A stretch of DNA of 64,000 nucleotides from an uncultured Candidatus Saccharibacteria bacterium (GTDB taxonomy: Bacteria; Patescibacteriota; 4484-211; JAGQKX01): the NCBI GenBank assembly GCA_964392315.1, contig CAYMOT010000003.1:67665-131664 (forward strand). The letters run 5' to 3'. A program made the position numbers and the translations under genes. This document shows positions 29,758 to 37,386 of the stretch, one piece after another; position 1 is the stretch's first letter, and each line of letters starts with the position of its first letter. A model generated the notes under the pieces. The model worked only from the letters and a program-made list of their open reading frames with translations. It made no database searches and was not told the origin of the DNA.

Positions 29758-32055
29758 TTACGTCGCCGCATTTATTACTTTTGACATTAACTGGACAAGC
29801 CGCCCAATCCAAGATAGGGTTTGCCCAAGACCTCTTTCACTGCTTCCAATACCTCCACCGACTTGATTAAATAACCCCATAAGATCATCCATGGTAAGCT
29901 CAGGATTCGCCTCCGCCGCTGCAATCAATTCCTCAATCTGTGCGTCTTGTTCAGACTGCTCGCCAGCTTCCTCGACTAATTGATCCCTTCGCTCAGTAAC
30001 TTTCTTTATTATTTCATTATTTTTATCTCGAGCTGCTTCTAATATAGTACGCACTGGCGTTAACTGTTCTTGACGCTCCTCTGGCAGGTTAGCAATCATT
30101 TGAATTCCTGCCTCTATATTTGCCTGCTGAACTGATAACTCCTGAAGAACATTATTTAACTCAGGAATTGTATATTCGTTTAACTTTCTCATAGAGAAAC
30201 GTTCGGGCCGAGATGCTGGAAGTACAGGCGCTTCTGCAACAGGTCGTCTTTCTTCTCCTCGGGGCCTTACTTCATCCGCAGCCTCAGTTTGAGCAGCCCT
30301 TTCGTTTGTAACTGTCTGAGCCTCACCTCCCGCTTCTGCTACTGTGGCTCTTGCTGTACCAGTTGCTCCAGTCTCCGATACGCGACCCGCCCTAGACGCT
30401 ACTGGAGATTGTGCTTCTGCAGTAGCTTGTCCTGCAGCTGTGACACCTTCGCCCTTATTCATAAATCCATGCTGCTGTGCTTCATCAGGCGTCATGGTAA
30501 GTGGTAGTCTTCGACCATCGGAACCATAAAAAGTAATCTTCCCGCCTTTTATAGGACCCATGTATGCATCACCAACCTCTAACTGAGCCTTTACTTCTCT
30601 ACCCACTCGTCCAAAAGCAGTCTGCTCTTCAAGTGGGATAGCTTCCCCGCGGGCAATTCGATTTCTATAGCTTGCGCCACGAGCCCCTGCACCTAACACG
30701 GTGTCTGTCACTTCACTAGGAGACATCCTTCTGAGAAGGGTATTATTCGGGCCTATAACATCGTACCGCCTGGGTAATCCATCTCTCCCAAGAACTTCAC
30801 GTAATTGAAACTTTCCCGATCCCAGGTTTGCCTCTAATGATCTTTGTATTTGTTCCGGATTATTTTTGTTGGCCTTTATCAACTCTGCGTATGCCTTTCT
30901 TTCTGCCTTACGAGGAAAACCCTGAGGTATTTCTGTTTCTCGACCGAGCCGCTCTACTGCACGCACAACTCGTTCCCCCGCCGCTCGTGCGCCTCCTTGT
31001 ACTGCTTCTCCCGCTCTTCGCACTTGTCCTCCAGTAAACTCGGCTTGCTCACGAACTGCTCGTGCTTCATGACGTACACCTTCCTGAACCCTACGTCCGA
31101 CTGCACTGGCAGCACCTCCCACTGCCTCTCCGGCTCTGCCTACTTGCCCACTGGTAAACTCCGCCTGCCTTCTTACCGCATCCCGTTCATTCTGCACCCC
31201 TGCTCTCACCCGATCTCCTACTGCTCGTGCTCTCCCTTGCACCGCTTCTCCCACCCTTCGTACTCGTTCCCCTGTCTTCCCATCACCTGTAGCTCCCGCC
31301 TGATTCTCCATTTTCCCTGCTGTTCCCCCATACACCACGTTATCCAAATTTGCTGGCTTCATTGCCTCTTGCACTCTCCCTCTCACTGCTCCTGCAGCTC
31401 CTTGTACCGCTTCTCCCGCTCTTTGCACCTGTCCTCCAGTAAACTCCGCCTGCCTTCTTACCGCATCCCGTTCGTTCTGCATCCCTGCTCTCACCCGATC
31501 TCCTACTGCTCGTGCTCTCCCTTGCACCGCTCCTGCTACCTCTCGTACTCGCTCCCCTCCTCGACTTTGGCCAGGTGTAATTGTCATACTTCCTGCTTTC
31601 CATTCACTGCCAGCAACACCATACTGCTCGCTTCTAGGTGTTGTTGTAGCTCCTGTTGTAGCCATTGGTTCCCTACCAGCCATTGCTGCATTCCAACCTT
31701 CTGCAGCAGTATTACGAGCCGCATGAAATGTCTCGCTTCCTAAATCTTGAGTTGGTTCCGCTGATGCAGAAACGACTGGAGGTGGTGTAGTTTCAGCTCG
31801 TTTAGGGGTAGTAGCCGTAGGTAAACTCGGTTCGAACTGCCTATAAATTTCCCCCATTTCAGCCCCGGTACCATACCCCGGACCCATCTCTGTCCCTCTT
31901 TGAAAACCCGCCAACGCTCCCATTGCCGAATCAGTATCACCAGCTGCTGTCATAACTGCCGCAGCTTCGGACTCTGCCGTTACAGGTATTGCGGGTGACG
32001 CAGTTACAATTTCCGGTCCTAGGTTTTGTTCAGCTGGTCCTGGAGCATTTCTCAT
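29758..32055 (-). CDS. Large low-complexity protein with internal 95-aa tandem repeat (765 aa)
   Basis: Ala/Gly/Arg-rich. The repeat GERVR.VG.AVQGRARAVGDRVRAG.QNERDAVRRQAEFTGGQV.RAGEAVQG occurs two to three times. The gene ends 40 bp upstream of secA on the same strand. Confidence 0.6.
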   Translation of the reverse strand: MRNAPGPAEQNLGPEIVTASPAIPVTAESEAAAVMTAAGDTDSAMGALAGFQRGTEMGPGYGTGAEMGEIYRQFEPSLPTATTPKRAETTPPPVVSASAEPTQDLGSETFHAARNTAAEGWNAAMAGREPMATTGATTTPRSEQYGVAGSEWKAGSMTITPGQSRGGERVREVAGAVQGRARAVGDRVRAGMQNERDAVRRQAEFTGGQVQRAGEAVQGAAGAVRGRVQEAMKPANLDNVVYGGTAGKMENQAGATGDGKTGERVRRVGEAVQGRARAVGDRVRAGVQNERDAVRRQAEFTSGQVGRAGEAVGGAASAVGRRVQEGVRHEARAVREQAEFTGGQVRRAGEAVQGGARAAGERVVRAVERLGRETEIPQGFPRKAERKAYAELIKANKNNPEQIQRSLEANLGSGKFQLREVLGRDGLPRRYDVIGPNNTLLRRMSPSEVTDTVLGAGARGASYRNRIARGEAIPLEEQTAFGRVGREVKAQLEVGDAYMGPIKGGKITFYGSDGRRLPLTMTPDEAQQHGFMNKGEGVTAAGQATAEAQSPVASRAGRVSETGATGTARATVAEAGGEAQTVTNERAAQTEAADEVRPRGEERRPVAEAPVLPASRPERFSMRKLNEYTIPELNNVLQELSVQQANIEAGIQMIANLPEERQEQLTPVRTILEAARDKNNEIIKKVTERRDQLVEEAGEQSEQDAQIEELIAAAEANPELTMDDLMGLFNQVGGGIGSSERGLGQTLSWIGRLVQLMSKVINAAT
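31040..31620 (-). repeat. Intragenic tandem direct repeat, period about 285 bp
   Basis: Near-identical stretches such as aaactccgcctgccttcttaccgcatcccgttc...cccgatctcctactgctcgtgctctcccttgcaccgc occur at about 31156 and 31441. Confidence 0.7.
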
Positions 32056-32060
32056 AGTTT

Positions 32061-32384
32061 TTACTTAATTTGCTTTGCAAGTTCTGCAGCCTCTTCAATT
32101 TTCCCCTGCTTTAATAGTTCATTTGCTTGTTGACGCAAATATTGATCATGTGCTTCTTTTGCTTTCGCTTTCTCTAACTCTACCACGGTCTTCATCTCCG
32201 GTATAGTGGTCTCCATTTCTGACATTTCACGCTGTAATTCCTCTTCTGTTTGCACCTTTTTTAGTTTACTTAAATAAAAGCGAGCAATTTCTTGAGCGCG
32301 CTGAAGGGGTATACTTCCGGCCTTTAGGTTCCGAACTAATAATTCAACCATTAATTTGCCGATTTGCTGGATATGATCTTGCAT
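32061..32384 (-). CDS. Small helical protein, paralog family member A (107 aa)
   Basis: IQQIGKLMVELLVRNLKAGSIPLQRAQEIARFYLSKLK aligns with the neighbouring paralog. Confidence 0.55.
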   Translation of the reverse strand: MQDHIQQIGKLMVELLVRNLKAGSIPLQRAQEIARFYLSKLKKVQTEEELQREMSEMETTIPEMKTVVELEKAKAKEAHDQYLRQQANELLKQGKIEEAAELAKQIK

Positions 32385-32385
32385 C

Positions 32386-32718
32386 TTAGGTTTGCTGCGA
32401 ATTTTTTTGTTCTACTTTTATCATTCGAATTTTGTCTGATCTCACAGCAACATGCATTTCTGGCAATTCAGTAAGCATTGTCTGAACATATTGGGTTAAT
32501 TCTGTATGGCTCCCTGCGGTTTTAATTTTTTCTAGATAAAAATGAGCTGCGTGCTGTGCTCGATGAAGGGCGATCTCACCATTCTTCAACTGTTCTATGA
32601 GAATTTCTACCATGTGCTTACCAATGAGCTCAATACGCGTGGAAACTTCCATACATACATAATAGACAAACAAGACGAATCCGCCAAGGGGCGGACAGGT
32701 ATACAAATAGTCAAACAT
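32386..32718 (-). CDS. Small helical protein, paralog family member B (110 aa)
   Basis: IELIGKHMVEILIEQLKNGEIALHRAQHAAHFYLEKIK; tandem to member A with a 1-bp gap. Confidence 0.55.
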   Translation of the reverse strand: MFDYLYTCPPLGGFVLFVYYVCMEVSTRIELIGKHMVEILIEQLKNGEIALHRAQHAAHFYLEKIKTAGSHTELTQYVQTMLTELPEMHVAVRSDKIRMIKVEQKNSQQT

Positions 32719-32744
32719 ACAGATTCAGTAATAGAAACAGAAAG

Positions 32745-33812
32745 TCACACGACCTGGTCAACGGTGTTTTCGAGGGATGCAGCTTGTTGGATTTGTTGTT
32801 GGACTGGTGTTGGAGCTGGTGGTGTCTGGATCGTACCATTTTGCTGATCACTTACAAATATTGTGCCAGCAGCGGTATCGTCTGTCGTAGTACTCGTTCC
32901 TTGTGGATCTGCATAATTGTCATCCTGTACCGCATCACTTGCGTGTTGCGCCTGAGATTCTTCGAGGTCGAGTTTGTCATTTTCATTGAGCATGTAATCA
33001 ATCGCTTGCTGGATTTTTTGCCGAGTTGCTTCGTTGGTGGTTTTGTTCTTAAGCTCCCGAAACAATCCTACAATTGCAAAAATTCCCATCTTCATCGCCA
33101 ATGATTCCATACTTCTCGTGGAATCCCACTGTCCTTCCCGAACACGTTCAAGAATTAACTTCATAGCGTCTTTTTGGATCATCCGAAAAAGTGCTTCTTC
33201 GCTATTCTCAACAGCCAGCTTATCGATTCCCATCTTGGATGCATCTAGTTTTTCAATGACTGCTGCAAGCAAAGAAACCGTTGCTTCGCGTCCCGGATCT
33301 CCCTGGGTCTCCACATGCGGTGCAGCTTCGGCACGCGGTTGGGGCGTTACCGCTGCACGAACTTCTGGACGCAAGTTATCGGACATACGATTAATGGCCG
33401 CAGGTTGTTGCACTGGTTCTGGTTCGTCATCAATGATTGTTTTGCTTTCAATGATTGGCGGGTTTGCCTGCTGAGGAGCAACCTCAGGCGTGGGCGGCTT
33501 TGTCGCTGGTCCTGCCAACTGAGAAAGCTCCTGCAACACTTCTTCTTCCGCCTTGACCGCTTGTGAAAGATCTTGCTTTTTGAGTTGCTGGGCTTGTGCA
33601 TGGCCTTCTTTTGCATGCGCTAATGCTTGCTGAATAAAGGGGGGCAATTCTCCAGCTACTTGAGTATCAATGGATTTTTGTGTTTCAAAAGAAGCGGGTT
33701 GCTCTGCTCCCCCCGGCATTGAAGGGGCTTGTTGCGAAGTGCCTTCATCTTCCAGCTCTTCAACTTCTATAGAATCATCGACAGGTTGTGTATTCGTTTG
33801 GTCGTCAGGCAT
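32745..33812 (-). CDS. Acidic Gln/Pro-rich hypothetical protein (355 aa)
   Basis: Low-complexity acidic N-terminal half and a helical C-terminal half. Confidence 0.5.
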   Translation of the reverse strand: MPDDQTNTQPVDDSIEVEELEDEGTSQQAPSMPGGAEQPASFETQKSIDTQVAGELPPFIQQALAHAKEGHAQAQQLKKQDLSQAVKAEEEVLQELSQLAGPATKPPTPEVAPQQANPPIIESKTIIDDEPEPVQQPAAINRMSDNLRPEVRAAVTPQPRAEAAPHVETQGDPGREATVSLLAAVIEKLDASKMGIDKLAVENSEEALFRMIQKDAMKLILERVREGQWDSTRSMESLAMKMGIFAIVGLFRELKNKTTNEATRQKIQQAIDYMLNENDKLDLEESQAQHASDAVQDDNYADPQGTSTTTDDTAAGTIFVSDQQNGTIQTPPAPTPVQQQIQQAASLENTVDQVV

Positions 33813-33816
33813 GGGT

Positions 33817-33902
33817 GAATAATCAAATATGCAAATAGCTAATACGAAAATGAATGTATTAATTTGCTTATTTGCATATTGGTATTATTTGCTTATTAAA
33901 TC
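33817..33902. repeat. TATTTGCR octamer-repeat element
   Basis: caaatatgcaaatagc...aatttgcttatttgcatattggtattatttgcttattaaatc. Confidence 0.6.
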
Positions 33903-34303
33903 TTCGCTATCTTCTCTTGCAATTCGGGAGGAATTGTGCCTCCGGTTATTGTTTTTGCCAATATCAGCGCATCATCAACTTTTTTCTCAGCTATCAGGTG
34001 CTCTACTGTTTCTTTTATCAATGCCTCGGCTTGTTCTTTCACATACACTTCTTCATGCGCCTCAATCTCTTTAAGTTCAGGATACTCGGTTTCTGAATGT
34101 TTTACTAGATCTGCAAGTTGAGCACGGGTATATGCCTGAGATACGATTTCTAAAACTTTTGCTGCAATGTGTCCGACATACGCCGGTTGTAGTTTTTGGC
34201 TCTGTAATTTGCGAATAAGTAGCTGTACCACATTATCTTCGACACGAAATTTGTGTTCAAGTATATTTGCTACCGGTGTTGTAGGGTTTTGGGTATCTGC
34301 CAT
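33896..34303 (-). CDS. Small helical protein, paralog family member C (135 aa)
   Basis: VVQLLIRKLQSQKLQPAYVGHIAAKVLEIVSQAYTRAQL shows the same pattern as members A and B. Confidence 0.5.
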   Translation of the reverse strand: MADTQNPTTPVANILEHKFRVEDNVVQLLIRKLQSQKLQPAYVGHIAAKVLEIVSQAYTRAQLADLVKHSETEYPELKEIEAHEEVYVKEQAEALIKETVEHLIAEKKVDDALILAKTITGGTIPPELQEKIAKI

Positions 34304-34345
34304 AATCTGTCCGTACTCAATTCTTCCTCATAATACCAAATAGTG

Positions 34346-35713
34346 TTATCTCCGTGGAGTGATTACATCTTTTCCTACATATTGTTGGAGAACATCCGGT
34401 ACCCGTACCGAACCATCTGGCTGTTGATACGTATCAAGGATTGCTGCAATGGGACGAGTACTCGTGATCGCAGTCGCCGAAATAGTATGCGGATGTTCTA
34501 GCGAGCCGTCTTCGGTGCGATAACGAATATTGAGCCGCCTTGTATGAAACTGCGCGAGATCCGAATTTGACTGCGTTTCCATCCACGTTTGTTCGCTTGG
34601 CATCCATACCTCCACATCAAATTTACGATATGTGGGCATCCCCACATCCCCTGTGCACATTTCGAGTACATGATAGGTCAGTCCGAGCTCTTGCAGCAAT
34701 TCTTCCTCTATAGCAAGTGCTTCCTGCATGTAATCCTGTGACGTCTGCGGTGTCGTAAAATAAATCATCTCGACTTTATCAAACTGATGTACTCGTTTGA
34801 TGCCGCGCGTATCTCTACCCCAACTCCCCGCTTCACTTCGGAAACACGCAGAAATACCCGCATATTTTAACGCCATGTCGTCGGTTAATTCGAGAATATC
34901 ATCCATATGATACGACACAATCGCTTGCTCTGACGTGCCCGTCAAATAGAGCTGTGTACCATCCTCCACCTTTTCTTCATCAGCCTGTATTGCGTAAATA
35001 CTTGCAACCTCTGAAGGAAAGTACCCTGTACCATACAGCGGACGCTCACGAACGAGTACTGGTGGATACATTGGTGTAAATCCACGCTGTACCAATTTCT
35101 GGAGAGCCAGACTCATGAGACCCCAATAGAGCAACGCCCCTTCGTTTTTGAGATAATAGAATCTGCTACCAGAGACTTTGCCGCTTTTCTGGTTATCAAT
35201 CACGTCAAGACTTTCGGCGATGTCGATATGGTGACGAGCATCAAAGTCAAACGTTTTCTTCTCACCTACGACTTTAATTTCTAAATTACCACTATCATCA
35301 GAGCCTACAGGCATAGAAGGATGGGTGATATTTGGCATCCAATCCATGCGCTCTTGCCACTCTTTTTTTGCAACGTCAAGCTCTGCATCTTTATCGTGAA
35401 TTTGTTGCTTCAGTTGTGTAGCTTGGGCTATCAATTCAGGACTTTTGTCCTGAGCGATTTGCGCAGTAATCGTATTCTGTTCCGCACGAAGGCTCTCAAG
35501 TTCTTGGAGAAGTTTTCTCCGCAACGTATCAACGGCGAGTAATGCATCAACATCAGCTACCTTAGGATCTATCCCACGGTTAATAATATTTTGTTTAAGT
35601 TCTTCGGGATTCTCCCGAATGTATGCAATGTCTAACATGATAAATAAATGTTTGCCATATTCATTTGCGTATTTGCATATTTGTATATATTTACATATTC
35701 TCTTTAGAGCCAT
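34346..35713 (-). CDS. serS: Seryl-tRNA synthetase
   Basis: N-terminal coiled-coil arm, the class II core, and MLDIAYIRENPEEL as the canonical start. The probable true start is at 35638, because the annotated start runs into an upstream TATTTGCR repeat. Confidence 0.85.
   Translation of the reverse strand: MALKRICKYIQICKYANEYGKHLFIMLDIAYIRENPEELKQNIINRGIDPKVADVDALLAVDTLRRKLLQELESLRAEQNTITAQIAQDKSPELIAQATQLKQQIHDKDAELDVAKKEWQERMDWMPNITHPSMPVGSDDSGNLEIKVVGEKKTFDFDARHHIDIAESLDVIDNQKSGKVSGSRFYYLKNEGALLYWGLMSLALQKLVQRGFTPMYPPVLVRERPLYGTGYFPSEVASIYAIQADEEKVEDGTQLYLTGTSEQAIVSYHMDDILELTDDMALKYAGISACFRSEAGSWGRDTRGIKRVHQFDKVEMIYFTTPQTSQDYMQEALAIEEELLQELGLTYHVLEMCTGDVGMPTYRKFDVEVWMPSEQTWMETQSNSDLAQFHTRRLNIRYRTEDGSLEHPHTISATAITSTRPIAAILDTYQQPDGSVRVPDVLQQYVGKDVITPRR
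35646..35700. repeat. TATTTGCR octamer-repeat element
   Basis: catttgcg tatttgca tatttgta tatattta catattct between the serB-like gene and serS. Confidence 0.6.
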
Positions 35714-36366
35714 TCTAACACTGCCTGCAGGTTTGGCGCATTAGTGTAAAACGGTGACCGTGCTTTAACACTCTCCCGCTCAACCACTCCCCCAAATCCA
35801 ATAAACCGATCTACATATTCAGCAGTTTCCAGGTCGGTTACACCATCACCAACAAACGCAATGTGCCGCATCAATTGGAGTGATTCAATTAAATTCTTCT
35901 TACCACCCTCTTCACTCAGTATCTGCTCCGGGCAGATCCCGGTATATGCACCTGCTTCATCAAACGCAAGGTTGATTCCAAATACCCGATCAGTAGGAAT
36001 AGCAAAGAATTCCGCTAAGGCTTGTAATGCCGTTGTGTATGCTCCTGAAACCATATACACATCAACTCCACGATTATGCAAAACATTAACGACTTCTTCC
36101 GCTCCTGGAGTAACGCACTGAATGTATTGCTCGCCAAGCCACTCTATATCCTGTTTATCAGGATGTACAAGATTCAGACGCGCGGTCAGCGATTGCGTGA
36201 ACGGGATATCCCCATCCATACCGCTATTTGTTATCGCAAGCACTTCATCATATACTCCTTTTTTTCGTGCGATTTCCGCAAGGCCTTCGATTGTTACGAG
36301 TGTGCTATCCACATCAAAGACAACTGAATTGAATTGCATATAATAAAAAACCCCTTGTTTCATCAC
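35704..36366 (-). CDS. HAD-family phosphoserine phosphatase (SerB-like)
   Basis: Motif I FDVDSTLV and a C-terminal GDGVTD; the probable start is MQFNSV at 36339. Adjacent to serS. Confidence 0.65.
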   Translation of the reverse strand: MMKQGVFYYMQFNSVVFDVDSTLVTIEGLAEIARKKGVYDEVLAITNSGMDGDIPFTQSLTARLNLVHPDKQDIEWLGEQYIQCVTPGAEEVVNVLHNRGVDVYMVSGAYTTALQALAEFFAIPTDRVFGINLAFDEAGAYTGICPEQILSEEGGKKNLIESLQLMRHIAFVGDGVTDLETAEYVDRFIGFGGVVERESVKARSPFYTNAPNLQAVLEWL

Positions 36367-36601
36367 GTATATCGTGATTCAACAAGGGTCATGAGACGGT
36401 ACCACCTTTTCTTTTGCTCTTCCAGCAGTTTCGGGCTTACCCGGAATAGTTATCGGAAACTCCTTTTCCTATTCTGCTCAAGAGAAGGGAACCCAACCTT
36501 CCATAGTGGTACGTTGGTCATCTCTTGTGGTCTTCTTTGACCGCGCTTTAAAATTACTTACGAACTATACCAAACCGACTTATCCTTCGCAACCGTTCCA
36601 T

Positions 36602-37366
36602 TTATTCATTTCTGTGAGAAACAATACCTACCGTTTCAAGAATATATATTTTTATGAACAACAGCAGAATACCAACAACAATCAAAATACCGTAGAGCGG
36701 AGATAACCCAATCACCCAAGCAATATATGAAACAACCACTGATAAAAGTAATGAACCGTTCGACAGCGCTATAAAAAAAGTCTTTGTATAATGCCCTAGT
36801 GAATGTAATACATGCTTTTGGTCTGTCGTTTTCAATCGAATAAGGGTCATATGGATGATTGGTGGTGCACCTTCGTGTACCAGCACCGGTGTGGCAAACG
36901 ATTCATCCGTTGCCTCAAGTTCGATGTTTTCTGGATCCAAAAATGAAGGCATGCTGTAGTAATTTTTGATTGCCCGTACGAAGTAATCGCCCGGAGTAAC
37001 GTTGAATCCAAACTCACCCAACCTGCTTGTGAATGTCGTCTTTACGACCCGTAAGCTTTTTCGATCAATCAACTCTACCACCGCAAGTGGAATTCGTTTT
37101 CCCGTTTCTTCCTCAGAAACAGTACCCCACACCGGAGCGTCTTGTAAAATGTGAAAGTTTACCAAAAAGCGTTTTATTCCAAACGTGGGTAGATTCCAAT
37201 AATATTTTAACGGTAAGCGAATTTCGATAAGGAGGACCACAAAACCAACCGCAAGCAGTAGTAAATTTATAATAAGAAGCTCACGCTGCAGAAAATCCCG
37301 TATTACATAGTACTGACTGTAGTTTTGAACGTATTGTTGAATTTCTGCCAATAGATCAAGCACCAT
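36602..37366 (-). CDS. Hypothetical membrane protein
   Basis: 254 aa with several TM helices. Confidence 0.45.
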   Translation of the reverse strand: MVLDLLAEIQQYVQNYSQYYVIRDFLQRELLIINLLLLAVGFVVLLIEIRLPLKYYWNLPTFGIKRFLVNFHILQDAPVWGTVSEEETGKRIPLAVVELIDRKSLRVVKTTFTSRLGEFGFNVTPGDYFVRAIKNYYSMPSFLDPENIELEATDESFATPVLVHEGAPPIIHMTLIRLKTTDQKHVLHSLGHYTKTFFIALSNGSLLLSVVVSYIAWVIGLSPLYGILIVVGILLLFIKIYILETVGIVSHRNE

Positions 37367-37386
37367 ATACTGATAAAAGTATACCG

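Noticed and set aside
30844-31743. 299-aa Cys/Ser-rich ORF on the plus strand
   Set aside because: Antisense to the 765-aa repeat protein. Its odd composition only mirrors the GC-skewed repeat on the other strand.
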